From an uncultured virus (IMG/VR IMGVR_UViG_3300044837_000188) (taxonomy: Duplodnaviria > Heunggongvirae > Uroviricota > Caudoviricetes), in the IMG/VR virus record IMGVR_UViG_3300044837_000188: 64,000 bases of DNA; one strand, written 5' to 3'. The position numbers were made by a program, and so were the translations under genes. Under the pieces are notes generated by a model. The model saw nothing but the letters and a program-made list of their open reading frames with translations. It was not told the DNA's origin and searched no databases. How positions within the stretch are numbered: the first letter of the stretch is position 1; every line of letters starts with the position of its first letter. Below, in pieces: positions 1 to 9,406 of the stretch.

Positions 1-1
1 A

Positions 2-343
2 TCGGACCTGAGCATCTCGGCCCTCCAGATCCGTCCCTGGTTCGACTCAGTGATGATGGGCATGCCCGCGAAGTTCTCGATCCTCAAGGGGACCCCGAAC
101 CTCACACCCTTCGACCAGAACCCGGACGTCACCGACGACCCGATGTTCAAAGTCTGGCACCACGCGATCCCGCAGGACTGGTACTACATCTACCGCCAGT
201 GGCTGCGCCAGAACCTCTCGCCCACCCCGGTCATCCAGCGGTCCTACCTGCCGGACACCGTTCCCGAGGGCGTGGACGAGGGATCCCCGGCCGCGCCGGA
301 CACCTCGATCATGCCGTCCTCGTTCGTCTACACCGGCTCGTAA
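2..343 (+). CDS. 3' end of a probable virion/tail protein (partial, starts before window)
   Basis: Frame open from base 2 (SDLSISALQIRPWFDSV...) to TAA at 341-343; high-GC3 codons; directly upstream of tail-fibre genes. Confidence 0.6.
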   Translation, partial: SDLSISALQIRPWFDSVMMGMPAKFSILKGTPNLTPFDQNPDVTDDPMFKVWHHAIPQDWYYIYRQWLRQNLSPTPVIQRSYLPDTVPEGVDEGSPAAPDTSIMPSSFVYTGS

Positions 344-352
344 GGAGAGACC

Positions 353-1129
353 GTGCGCGCACACTTCACCCGGCCCGTCACCGACGAGCAGGGCGACCTT
401 CTGCCGAACGTGCAGATCTCCCTGTTCGACCCGGCGACCACCACCCTGATCAGCCAGGTCGTCTACTCCACCGACACGGGCAACAACATCCTGTCCAACC
501 CGTACGTGTCGTCCACGGGCATCATCGACGTCTACCTGGACCAGCCCACCCGGGTCCGGATCGGTGTCGTGCAGGGCAACCTGCCCATGCAGTTCTACGA
601 GGACGTGGACGTGCTCGCGGCGGGGTCGGACTCCGCCCACACGGGCAGCGGTCCGAACTCCGTCGTGATCGGCTCGGGAGCCTCCTCACTCGGGGACTCC
701 TCCGTGGCCCTCGGGCAGGCCGCTTCCGCCACCGGCAACAACGCCGTGGGCCTGGGATCGTCCACCAACGCCCTGGGTGACTACTCCACGGCCGTGGGAC
801 CGGCCGCGACGTCTCAGAACCCCTCCGGCACCGCCCTGGGCCGTCAGGCGGCCGTCACGGGCGACGCTGGTACGGCGGTGGGCAACGGGGCCTCGGTCTC
901 CGGAGCGTCCAGCACCGCCCTGGGTGACGGTGCCACGGCCGACTGGGCCCACGCCACGGCCATCGGCGCGGGAGCGGAGGCCGACGGGGACAACCGGATC
1001 GTGATCGGGACCTCGGCCGACCAGGTGGTCATCCCGGCCGGATCCGGCATCGTCCTCTTCGCCCCCGGCGGCCAGCAGTTCCTGGTGACGGTCAACGACG
1101 ACGGGAGCCTGAACACCGCCCTCGTCTGA
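353..1129 (+). CDS. Tail fibre/adhesin-like protein with YadA-head (Hep/Hag)-like repeats
   Basis: RBS AGGAG; ~14-aa repeats SVALGQAASA/STALGDGATA/ATAIGAGAEA; N-terminus RAHFTRPVTD..GDLLPN paralogous to the next two genes. Confidence 0.75.
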   Translation: MRAHFTRPVTDEQGDLLPNVQISLFDPATTTLISQVVYSTDTGNNILSNPYVSSTGIIDVYLDQPTRVRIGVVQGNLPMQFYEDVDVLAAGSDSAHTGSGPNSVVIGSGASSLGDSSVALGQAASATGNNAVGLGSSTNALGDYSTAVGPAATSQNPSGTALGRQAAVTGDAGTAVGNGASVSGASSTALGDGATADWAHATAIGAGAEADGDNRIVIGTSADQVVIPAGSGIVLFAPGGQQFLVTVNDDGSLNTALV

Positions 1130-1181
1130 TGTCGCGGTCCGGGGCAGCCCCCGGAAAGGGTGAAGACCGAGGAGGAGATCC

Positions 1182-3989
1182 GTGTCCCGAGCGCACCTGT
1201 TCCGCCCCATCACCGACCGCGAGGGCAACCTCCTGTACAACGCGTCCGTGACGGTCCGCGAGGTGAACTACTCGATCCCGATCGGACAGCCGCTGTACGC
1301 CGGACCGACGGGGGACACCGCCCTCGCGAACCCCTTCACGGCCGCCAACGGTGTGATCGACTTCTGGCTGGACGACCCTCAGCGGGTGTCCCTCCTCGTC
1401 GAGCACGAGACCGTGGACGACATCCTGGTGTACCTGGACGCGCCTCCTCCGCCGGAGGAGATCGTCTCCTCGTCGGCGCCCCTGGAGATCGTCAACACGC
1501 CCTCCACCTCGGGTCAGGTACTCCTGAGCACCGCGACGGCCGGAGAGGCGCAGTGGGGCAACCCTCCGGCCGGTACTGGGCTCACTCCGGTCGTCGTGGT
1601 TTCCAACCAGTCCTTCAACTCCGGTACGGACCCGGTGGGCTGGCCGTTCGTCCAGAGCAACGGTGGAGCGCACGTCTACGACGCGCTCACCATCCCGCCG
1701 GGGACGAACTACAACTACTCGCTGAAGATGACCCAGTCGGCGAACAACGGCTCCGTGGCCCTCACCGGCCCGACGTTCACCCTGCTGGAGTCCGGCCGTC
1801 TGTCCCTGTGGATCAAGTCGTCCTTCACCGGCGCGGAGACCTTCACGGTCAAGGTCATCGACCCCTCCGCCGTCCAGACCACTCTGGCCACGGTCAACGC
1901 CACCCGGGACTGGGGCTTCTACTCCTTCGACCTGGCGGCCGGTACCTGGACACCCCTCTTCACGTACACCGGACAGGCCTCATTCACCGCCGGGGACCAC
2001 TTCCTGTGGATGACGGGCTACGTCGCCCAGTACGGCGGGAACATCCCCCCGCACACCCACGCGGGCGCCGGAGCGAACTCCGTGGCCCTGGGAACCGGTG
2101 CCACGGCCACGGCGGCCACCACGACCGCCGTGGGCGCCTCTGCGGACGCCACGGCCACCGGCGCCACAGCCTTCGGGTACAACGCCAACGCGAACGGCCA
2201 GTACGCCCTGGCGGCCGGTATGAACTCCGTGGCGGGCACCGACTACTCCATGGCGATCGGGTACGGGGCCCTGGGCTCCATCTCCCAGACGGCCTGGGTC
2301 GCGATCGGGTACGGCGCTTCGGCCAACGGTCTGGAGGCGCTGGCCTTCGGCAAGTCGGCGTCCGCCGGATCCGACTACGCCGTGGCGATCGGCTCCACGG
2401 CCACGGTGGGGTCCTCCAGCAACTCGGCCGTCGCCATCGGCCAGCAGGCCCAGGCCCTGGCCCCCTCGGGGGTGGCCATCGGCCAGCAGGCCGTCGTGAA
2501 CTCCACGCACAACAACTCTGTGGCACTGGGTGCCTTCTCGGCGACCACGAGTGCCAACCAAGTGATGCTGGGGCACACCGGATCGATCACCACGATCACG
2601 GGATCGCTCCAGAACTACGGCATCGCGTCCCTGGGTTCCTCGGACAGCCGGATCGGTTTCTACGGGGTGGCGGGCAACACCCTCCAGACCGTCGCGGGAT
2701 CCGACGACGGCAATGCCACGCTGCGGTCCCTCGTCAAGGCCCTGGCGGCCTACGGCCTGATCGTGAACAACACGGTGGAGCAGCCGTTCGCCAGCCCCAA
2801 CCCAGTCGGGATCATCGACTACTTCTACCACCAGGACCCAGGAGACGGATCTCTCGGCAACGCCGACTTCGACTTCCTGCCGTACACCTACCGGCCGCTG
2901 CCGTTCTCCGACCAGTCCCCGTACCCCTCGGGCCCCCAGTGGTTCGTGGGAGCCGACCACAACGGCTACAAGGGCTACGCGGGCGGCCTGGGCGCGATGA
3001 AGAACTTCTACCAGCCCCGGCAGAGCTTCTACGTCTCCACGACCTTCACGGGCACCGGCAACAAGGTGGCCATCGCGATCCGCCACACGGGCGCCAGCGC
3101 CTCCGCTGCCGCTGCGGCCTACGTGATCCTCGACCAGGCCGCCGGTACGGTCGCGGTGGCCACCAAGGCCGCCGGGGACGCCTCGAACGTCTACACGATC
3201 GCGGGCGGCAACTCGGTCCTGCTCTCCACGGTCGGCTCGCTGCCCTTCGACGGCAACACCCACGCGATCATCATCTCGGTGTCCGGTTCCAACGTGATGT
3301 ACGTGGACTCGTTCTTCGGAACCCCGATCTTCTTCAGCGTTCCGGCGATCAACCTCACCGGCACGTACATGGGCCTCGACTTCGCACAGACCACGACGAA
3401 GTTCAACAACCTGGTGTTCATGGGCCCGAACATCTTCGACGGCTTCAAGACCACCGGCGCCCTGAGCAACACGGCCTCCGGTGAAGCCTGGTGGCCCGTC
3501 CAGTCCGGCGTGGGTGCCGGATCCACGGTGAGCGTCGCGGGCAACCTCCAGCTCACCGGCGCGGCTGCCGGGTACGCCCTGGCGTACGTCCTGACTCCGG
3601 CCACCTCGTCGATCAAGCAGGTCAACACCCGCTGGAACGCCTCCATCACCCCGACCACCGGCATGGGTGTCGTCGGCCGGTACGTCGACCCGAACAACTA
3701 CTACTTCTGCAACAACTCGCAGATCACGAGGGTCCTGGCGGGCACCCAGACCACCCTGGCCACCTACAGCTCCAACATGGCTGTCAGCGACCGCATGCTG
3801 GTCTCCTTCAGCGGCAGCGGACTGATCACCGTGACCCGCAACGGCACGGTGGTCGCCTCCACCACCGACACGACGGCAACCCTGCTCGCGTCCAACCGTT
3901 ACGGCCTGGGCATCCGGGGCGCCGGTACGGCGGGCTTCCAGTACTTCTGGGCCTACGACCAGATCAACGGAGGGGTGCTGTACAAGTGA
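1182..3989 (+). CDS. Large tail fibre/receptor-binding protein with YadA-like repeats and beta-rich C-terminal domains
   Basis: RBS GAGGAG; long run of xVA(I/L)GxxA repeats; Gly/Thr/Ser-rich; shared N-terminal module RAHLFRPITD..GNLLYN. Confidence 0.75.
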   Translation: MSRAHLFRPITDREGNLLYNASVTVREVNYSIPIGQPLYAGPTGDTALANPFTAANGVIDFWLDDPQRVSLLVEHETVDDILVYLDAPPPPEEIVSSSAPLEIVNTPSTSGQVLLSTATAGEAQWGNPPAGTGLTPVVVVSNQSFNSGTDPVGWPFVQSNGGAHVYDALTIPPGTNYNYSLKMTQSANNGSVALTGPTFTLLESGRLSLWIKSSFTGAETFTVKVIDPSAVQTTLATVNATRDWGFYSFDLAAGTWTPLFTYTGQASFTAGDHFLWMTGYVAQYGGNIPPHTHAGAGANSVALGTGATATAATTTAVGASADATATGATAFGYNANANGQYALAAGMNSVAGTDYSMAIGYGALGSISQTAWVAIGYGASANGLEALAFGKSASAGSDYAVAIGSTATVGSSSNSAVAIGQQAQALAPSGVAIGQQAVVNSTHNNSVALGAFSATTSANQVMLGHTGSITTITGSLQNYGIASLGSSDSRIGFYGVAGNTLQTVAGSDDGNATLRSLVKALAAYGLIVNNTVEQPFASPNPVGIIDYFYHQDPGDGSLGNADFDFLPYTYRPLPFSDQSPYPSGPQWFVGADHNGYKGYAGGLGAMKNFYQPRQSFYVSTTFTGTGNKVAIAIRHTGASASAAAAAYVILDQAAGTVAVATKAAGDASNVYTIAGGNSVLLSTVGSLPFDGNTHAIIISVSGSNVMYVDSFFGTPIFFSVPAINLTGTYMGLDFAQTTTKFNNLVFMGPNIFDGFKTTGALSNTASGEAWWPVQSGVGAGSTVSVAGNLQLTGAAAGYALAYVLTPATSSIKQVNTRWNASITPTTGMGVVGRYVDPNNYYFCNNSQITRVLAGTQTTLATYSSNMAVSDRMLVSFSGSGLITVTRNGTVVASTTDTTATLLASNRYGLGIRGAGTAGFQYFWAYDQINGGVLYK

Positions 3990-6373
3990 GCCGCTGCCAC
4001 ATCCACCTGCCGATCATCAACAGCGCGGGCGACGTCTTCCCGTACGCCTCCGTCACCCTGCTGGACGGGGAGACCGGGGGCGCCCTGGGGGTGGACGTCT
4101 TCGCGCAGGCGGACGGCGGCAACCCGATCTCGTTCCCGCTCTTCACCGACCCGGCGGTCATCGACCTGTGGACCGACGTGGCGGTCCGGGTCCAGATCGT
4201 CGCCGAGGTCTCGGACAACACGCGGCTGGTCCTCTACGGGATCGACATCCTGCCCCCGGCGGACAACATCGTCACGAGCCCCATCCCGATCGGGATCACG
4301 GGAGCGGACGCGATCGAGTCCACCGCCGTGCTCATGTCGGCCGAGCTGGGGCACGCGGTCTTCCGTACGACAGACCCCGTGGGCACCCACGAGCACGAGG
4401 GCGACTCTGCGGGCTCCGTGGTGCTCACGGCCGAGCCCCCGACGGACTTCAACCCCTACCAGAGCTGGATCGGGTACCACGCGGGCGAAAACGCCTCTCC
4501 GTCCTCGATCGGCTCCTCGGCCGTCGGCGGTCACGCCACGGTGTATGGCGCCTCCTCCACGGTCATGGGGATCGCGGAGATCGTCCTCCACGCCTCCACG
4601 GGCGTCTCCGGCGACATGGCCGTGATGCTCTCCTCGGAGGACGGCACCGCGTCCGCAGGATCCGTTGTGGCGGGCCCGGGGAACGTAACGGCCCTGGGGC
4701 GCGACATGTCCGTCCTGGGCTCCCTGAACACCGCCACAGGCGTTGCCACGGGCTCGGTCCTGGTCGGCCCCGGCAGCACCGTGGGAGCCACCAACACCGT
4801 CAAGATCGGCTCTGCCCATACGACGGCCACCGGCGCCGGAAGCAACCAGGTCGTCGTCGGGATCGGCAACTCCGCCCAGAACAACCAGCTTCCCTGGGCC
4901 GCCGTCCAGAGCCCGATCGCGCTGGGCCAGAACATCTCCCTGGCCGGAGACCCCTCGAACGTGGCCAGCTCCGACGACTGGTTCGGGGGAGTGGGTCCGC
5001 TCGCCATGGGCAAGGACGACCTGACTTTCACGCCCTCGCTCATGCTGGTCCAGGGCAACGCGGTCACCCAGATGGCCCTGAGGGCCCAGGGCGACGTGGT
5101 GGCCAACGGCCAGCGGACCTACTCCAACGCGAGCACGACCCTGGGCTTCTTCGGGGCCGTCGGCGACGTGCGCAAGAAGGTCTCGTACGACCCGAACGAC
5201 TACCCCCACCAGCTCATCACGGACGTGATGCAGGCCCTCTCGAAGATCGGCCTGATCTACACCAACGACGTTCCGCAGGTGTACCAGGGCGGCCATCAGG
5301 CCGACGGAACGGCCATGGAGTTCGCCGAGACCGGCCAGGCCCTCCAGTGGAAGCTGCCGCCGACCTCCCCGGCCTACCGGCCGCTGAACGACTTCACGAT
5401 CGCCTCCAGCAAGATCGTCCTGAACGCGGCCAGGGGACCGTTCCCGACCCGGGGCGTTCCGGCGATCTACTCGGCCGCCCTCTCCGACGTGATCGTGCAG
5501 GGGCAGTTCGTCTACAACCCGACCGGCACGAACCTGGTGACCAACCCCGGCTTCGAGACGGACACCACGGGCTGGGCCACCTGGGACGGCTCCACGATCG
5601 CTCGGGTGACCACCAAGGCGAAGTACGGGGACGCCTGCCTCCAGATCACCCCCTCAGGCACCGGCTGGGCCGCCAGGACCATGTACAAGGTCGCGGTGAC
5701 CCCGGGGCAGGCGGTGAACGTCTCGGCGTACGTGAATCCGGACTCCGCCGTGAACTGCCGGATCAGCCTGGAGTGGATGAACTCGGGAGGTACCTACCTC
5801 ACCGGCGTGCCGATCTACACCAACGACCAGATGCTTCCGCTGAACGCCTGGACCCGGGTGAGCGCCTCCGCCACGGCGGCTCCGGCGGGAGCGGCGTTCG
5901 CCCTGCTCGTGGTGGGCTACTACGGCTCCGTGAACACCCCGTCCTCGGACAAGGTCTACATCGACTCCGCCCAGATCGTCGTGGGCTCCTCCGCCTTGCC
6001 CCCGTACGTCGACAGCACGGGCTACCACCCGGACGACGCCCACACGGGCCTGATGATCCGGTGCCTGCACGAGAAGTCCGTCGTGAGCGGCCAGACTATC
6101 GCGACCACGAAGGGGTATCTCGTCGGCCGCCGGAATGTGTACGCCGTGGCGGGGAATGCCATTACCTCCACGGTGGCCACCCACTCCACGCCGGTGGCCA
6201 CCGGCCAGATGCTCCAGGCCGACTGCTCCGGGACCTCGATCATCATCCGGGCGAACGGGACTCAGATCTCGACCTTCACGGACTCCACGTGGACCACCCG
6301 GGTCAAGTTCGGGTACCGCGTGTGCGAGTCGACCCAGGCCTCCGACTTCCTGGTCCTCCCCTTCGGATTCTGA
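3986..6373 (+). CDS. Tail fibre protein with degenerate YadA-like repeats and a CBM4/9-like carbohydrate-binding domain
   Basis: GTG overlaps previous stop (GTGA), GGAGG upstream; N-terminus RCHIHLPIIN..GDVFPY; motif NLVTNPGFETDTTGW typical of CBM4/9-like modules in tail proteins. Confidence 0.7.
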   Translation: MSRCHIHLPIINSAGDVFPYASVTLLDGETGGALGVDVFAQADGGNPISFPLFTDPAVIDLWTDVAVRVQIVAEVSDNTRLVLYGIDILPPADNIVTSPIPIGITGADAIESTAVLMSAELGHAVFRTTDPVGTHEHEGDSAGSVVLTAEPPTDFNPYQSWIGYHAGENASPSSIGSSAVGGHATVYGASSTVMGIAEIVLHASTGVSGDMAVMLSSEDGTASAGSVVAGPGNVTALGRDMSVLGSLNTATGVATGSVLVGPGSTVGATNTVKIGSAHTTATGAGSNQVVVGIGNSAQNNQLPWAAVQSPIALGQNISLAGDPSNVASSDDWFGGVGPLAMGKDDLTFTPSLMLVQGNAVTQMALRAQGDVVANGQRTYSNASTTLGFFGAVGDVRKKVSYDPNDYPHQLITDVMQALSKIGLIYTNDVPQVYQGGHQADGTAMEFAETGQALQWKLPPTSPAYRPLNDFTIASSKIVLNAARGPFPTRGVPAIYSAALSDVIVQGQFVYNPTGTNLVTNPGFETDTTGWATWDGSTIARVTTKAKYGDACLQITPSGTGWAARTMYKVAVTPGQAVNVSAYVNPDSAVNCRISLEWMNSGGTYLTGVPIYTNDQMLPLNAWTRVSASATAAPAGAAFALLVVGYYGSVNTPSSDKVYIDSAQIVVGSSALPPYVDSTGYHPDDAHTGLMIRCLHEKSVVSGQTIATTKGYLVGRRNVYAVAGNAITSTVATHSTPVATGQMLQADCSGTSIIIRANGTQISTFTDSTWTTRVKFGYRVCESTQASDFLVLPFGF

Positions 6374-6452
6374 TCTTGTGGTAGACGCTCGTATGTCCGT
6401 CTGGCTAAACTTCTGCTAGGAACAATTCCTGGAGAAGGACGGAGGGACGGAC

Positions 6453-6764
6453 ATGAGCCTCGATCACGTGGCGGCACGCATGGTGATGCGGGCCCGGCAG
6501 CTCGAACGCGCTCTGCACGATCCCGGTCCCTGGAGCATCACCGTGGGCCCCCACTCCGACGAGTGGATGCTCCCCGCCCGCAAGGTGGTCGGCGAGGACC
6601 ACGTCACCTTCATCGCGGTGGTCCCGCTGCGGGGAGAGAGCCCGGTCATGGCCGAGCTGAACTCCGGCGAGGACATCGTGGCCGTCAAGATCCTGGAGCC
6701 GGTGGGCGGCTACGCCCAGGTCTCCTGGTCCTTCGAGGTCAACGAGGCCTCGGTGAGCGCATGA
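6453..6764 (+). CDS. Hypothetical protein
   Basis: GGAGG RBS, ATG, genome-typical codons, stop overlaps next start. Confidence 0.65.
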   Translation: MSLDHVAARMVMRARQLERALHDPGPWSITVGPHSDEWMLPARKVVGEDHVTFIAVVPLRGESPVMAELNSGEDIVAVKILEPVGGYAQVSWSFEVNEASVSA

Positions 6765-8314
6765 CCGAGCCGCAGACCCTGGAAGCCCCCTCGGAATGGC
6801 CCGAGGGGGCTCTCTACTACTCCCCGAAGGGCCTGTACCCCTTCCAGACGGAGCACGTCGCCAGGGCGTACCTGAGCATGCTGGACGGTACCCAGGCGGA
6901 GTGGATGTTCTCCTGGGACACCGGCCTGGGGAAGTCCCACGCGGCCATGCAGATCGCGGCCCTGGCCTTCGAGGACCACACGGCGGACTTCGTCCTGCTC
7001 GTGTGCGAGAAGAACAAGCTCCAGGAGTGGAAAGCCGACTTCGAGCGGTTCACGAAGCTCATTGTCCGGATCCACCACGGCCCCTCGCGCAAGGTCAAGC
7101 TGGACCGCGAGGCCCTCCCGGACGTCCTGATCACGACGTACGAGACCGGCAAGGCCGACCTGGTGGCCGTGGACAAGTCCGGCCGCCGGAAAGTCCTGAA
7201 GGACGGCGGTCTGCTGGAGCGGGTGCGCCAGACGCACCCCATGGTGTTCTTCGACGAGGCCGACAAGCTCAGCAGCCGGACCTCGGCGACCTACAAGGCG
7301 TACGACCACTCGCTGAAGGCCCTGAGGAAGGTTTTTAAAAACCTGCCGACGATCATGATGACGGCGACTTCGATCCGGAAGGACTACGAGAACGCCTTCA
7401 ACCAGCTCCGGTTGCTGAGACCGCAGTCCATGCCGCTGGTCAAGGAGTTCGAGTCGTACTTCGTGCGGGGCCGGGACATCTACGGCAAGGCTCGCTACTG
7501 GGACCACCGGACCGAGGAATTCGCGGCGATCTGCCAGCCCCTCATGCTCTCGAAGTCCAAGACCGACCCCGACGTGATCGACCAGTTCCCCACAATGACC
7601 GAAGAGGCCCTCTGGGTGGAGCTGGATGCCGATCAGCGCAAGCTCTACGACCTCGTGGCGGAGTTCGACGGGGTGGGTGGTCAGCTCCAGGCCCTGCGGC
7701 AGATCTGCGCCAACCCGAAGGCCATCATCCACAGCGCCCAGGAGGGCTCCTCCAAGCTCGCGAAGGGTCTCCTAGAGGAATTGGGCCACGACTACCTCTT
7801 CGGGCTCTCCAGCGCGAAGACAGACGCTCTGGGGAGCTATCTGGAGCCGGTCGTCCTCGACCAGGGGGACAAGGCGATGGTCTTCACCTTCTTCGGCCCC
7901 TCGGTGATCCCGTGGCTAAAGATCGACCTCATGGAGCGGGGACTCAAGACCTTCACCCTGGAGGAGCTGGCGGACTTCAAGGCCCACCGTGGGGGAGCGG
8001 TCCTGATCTCCTCGGACGCTGGAGCCCGGGGGATCAACGTGCCCGAGGCCAGCTACCTCGTGGAGTACGACATGGCGGTCACGTACGGGCTCCGTACGCA
8101 GCGGCTGAACCGGGTCTCCCGGATCGGCTCCGGAGGGCCCTCGGTGACCGTACGGTCGATGCTCGCGCGCAGGACCGTGGAGGTCGGGCTGATGTTCTCG
8201 ATGCTCCGGGGGAACGTGCAGTCGGACGAGCTGCTCGGGCGCGGGGTCACTGGCGAGGAGTACATGTCGGCCTCGATGCGCAAGCAGATGCTCACCGAGG
8301 GGATGGACGAATGA
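6761..8314 (+). CDS. SNF2-family (SF2) helicase/ATPase
   Basis: LYPFQ, WDTGLGKS (motif I), FFDEADK (II), MTAT (III), SSDAGARGINV (V), QRLNRVSRIG (VI); ATGA overlap. Confidence 0.85.
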   Translation: MTEPQTLEAPSEWPEGALYYSPKGLYPFQTEHVARAYLSMLDGTQAEWMFSWDTGLGKSHAAMQIAALAFEDHTADFVLLVCEKNKLQEWKADFERFTKLIVRIHHGPSRKVKLDREALPDVLITTYETGKADLVAVDKSGRRKVLKDGGLLERVRQTHPMVFFDEADKLSSRTSATYKAYDHSLKALRKVFKNLPTIMMTATSIRKDYENAFNQLRLLRPQSMPLVKEFESYFVRGRDIYGKARYWDHRTEEFAAICQPLMLSKSKTDPDVIDQFPTMTEEALWVELDADQRKLYDLVAEFDGVGGQLQALRQICANPKAIIHSAQEGSSKLAKGLLEELGHDYLFGLSSAKTDALGSYLEPVVLDQGDKAMVFTFFGPSVIPWLKIDLMERGLKTFTLEELADFKAHRGGAVLISSDAGARGINVPEASYLVEYDMAVTYGLRTQRLNRVSRIGSGGPSVTVRSMLARRTVEVGLMFSMLRGNVQSDELLGRGVTGEEYMSASMRKQMLTEGMDE

Positions 8315-8589
8315 CCCCGCTGGAGGATCCTTCCTACGATCCGGTCCACAAGCCCGTACAGGGCCGTGTGCCGGACGTGGTGGAGCGCTGGGCGCCCGCG
8401 AGCCAGCTCCGGTGGTTCCGGCGCTTCTGGCCCGCCCTGGTGCGTCCTCAGCGCCTCTCGAAGTACTGGTGCACCTCGGAGCACCACATCGGTCCCTGCT
8501 GCATCTCCTGCGACAGTGAACTCCGGGACGGATTCGGCGTCCAGGTGGATGGCTGGTGCTGCTGCAAGGACGGCCGTCTGCTGGCTTGA
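8311..8589 (+). CDS. Small Cys-rich hypothetical protein
   Basis: ATGA coupling to helicase; CTSEHH..CCISC..WCCC. Confidence 0.55.
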   Translation: MTPLEDPSYDPVHKPVQGRVPDVVERWAPASQLRWFRRFWPALVRPQRLSKYWCTSEHHIGPCCISCDSELRDGFGVQVDGWCCCKDGRLLA

Positions 8590-8615
8590 CGCCCCAGCAT
8601 TCGTTGGAGTAGCGT
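8586..8615 (+). promoter_or_regulatory. Principal-sigma-type promoter with spacer palindrome
   Basis: TTGACG-N18-TAGCGT with CCAGCATTCGTTGG in the spacer; member of a family of ~14 copies. Confidence 0.75.
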
Positions 8616-8621
8616 TTACAA

Positions 8622-9278
8622 CGTCAACCCCTTCCGGGGCTGTACAGCAAGACTGGGTCTCCGTACGGAACTGGACAGGTCGAGTGCCACGCCCCAGCTC
8701 CTTGTATTCGTTCTCCTCCCGCTATCCCAAGCTCTGGAGAGCAACCCCTGAGGGCCCCCTCTGCGGCCCGATGGATGCACAACGGTCCCGGGCGGGGCCC
8801 AGAACCCCTCCCGGGACCACTGAAGACTTCGTACGTGATCAGGCCGTGACCTCTTTCCTGACGTCGTAGGAAACGGCCCCCTGCGGGGAAGCGCGGTTGC
8901 GTACGAGAGTGTGGCCGTCGACACTGATCGCTCGGCGAACCAGTAGGGACTCCCCCGTCTCTGTCGGCGGCCACACATGAAGCCCCGGCGGGCGTGATTC
9001 GTCCCTCCGGTAGGGGCAAGGCGGCAATGCAGGCCGCTGCGCCATACGGGCTATGTCCTCCCGTAGCCCCGGAAAAGGTCACAGGGAGAAACTCGGGTTA
9101 AGTCCCCGTGAGATGAACCGGTTGTGCCTCATGGCCGGTGGACTCCGGGGACGGGCAAGGGCCCGAGGGCCTTTCAGCGGGAAAAGCGTTCGCCCGTTCC
9201 CGAAATGAAGCACGAAGGCCCCCTCAGGGTCCGTCCAACTTGTGGAGGACGGGGTTTTGGCACCTGAGGGGGCCTTTT
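8622..9278 (+). ncRNA. Candidate large structured non-coding RNA (~650 nt)
   Basis: Own promoter and terminator, no credible ORF; helices 8784-8792/8810-8818, 8829-8840/8895-8906, 8909-8923/8962-8976, 9048-9055/9062-9069, 9102-9108/9146-9152, several with G-U pairs. Confidence 0.65.
9215..9278 (+). terminator. Intrinsic terminator-like stem closing the ncRNA
   Basis: AAGGCCCCCTCAGG (9215-9228) / CCTGAGGGGGCCTT (9263-9276) followed by TTCGT. Confidence 0.6.
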
Positions 9279-9305
9279 CGTATGTCCGTACATCCCCAGG
9301 ACACA

Positions 9306-9343
9306 GCAGAGCCCCCTCTGACGACGAATCGAGGGGGCTCTGC
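9306..9343 (-). terminator. Hairpin, probable terminator of the minus-strand island
   Basis: Perfect 13-bp stem GCAGAGCCCCCTC/GAGGGGGCTCTGC just past the antirepressor stop. Confidence 0.55.
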
Positions 9344-9406
9344 CTGACAAACACCCTGCTCACCGGAAGACCAGTGGACCGGATATTGACCCTGATCCTA
9401 TCAGGG

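Noticed and set aside
6411..6436. AACAATTCCTGGAG as another promoter-family copy
   Set aside because: Only a partial palindrome with no correctly spaced -35/-10; not counted
7329..7344. TTTTAAAA sites as -1 frameshift slippery sequences or TTA (bldA) codons
   Set aside because: In all three genes the frame reads TTT-AAA, not T-TTA-AAN; most copies are intergenic and palindromic
8636..8701. GGGGCTG/CAGCTCC pairing resembling a tRNA-Ala/tmRNA acceptor stem with G3-U70
   Set aside because: No T-arm (TTCRA), no discriminator-CCA, no cloverleaf spacing or tag reading frame; treated as part of the larger RNA
8366..9363. Several ORF-track ORFs on both strands across the ncRNA region
   Set aside because: No convincing RBS, atypical codons, Arg/Pro/Gly-rich translations typical of spurious GC-rich frames
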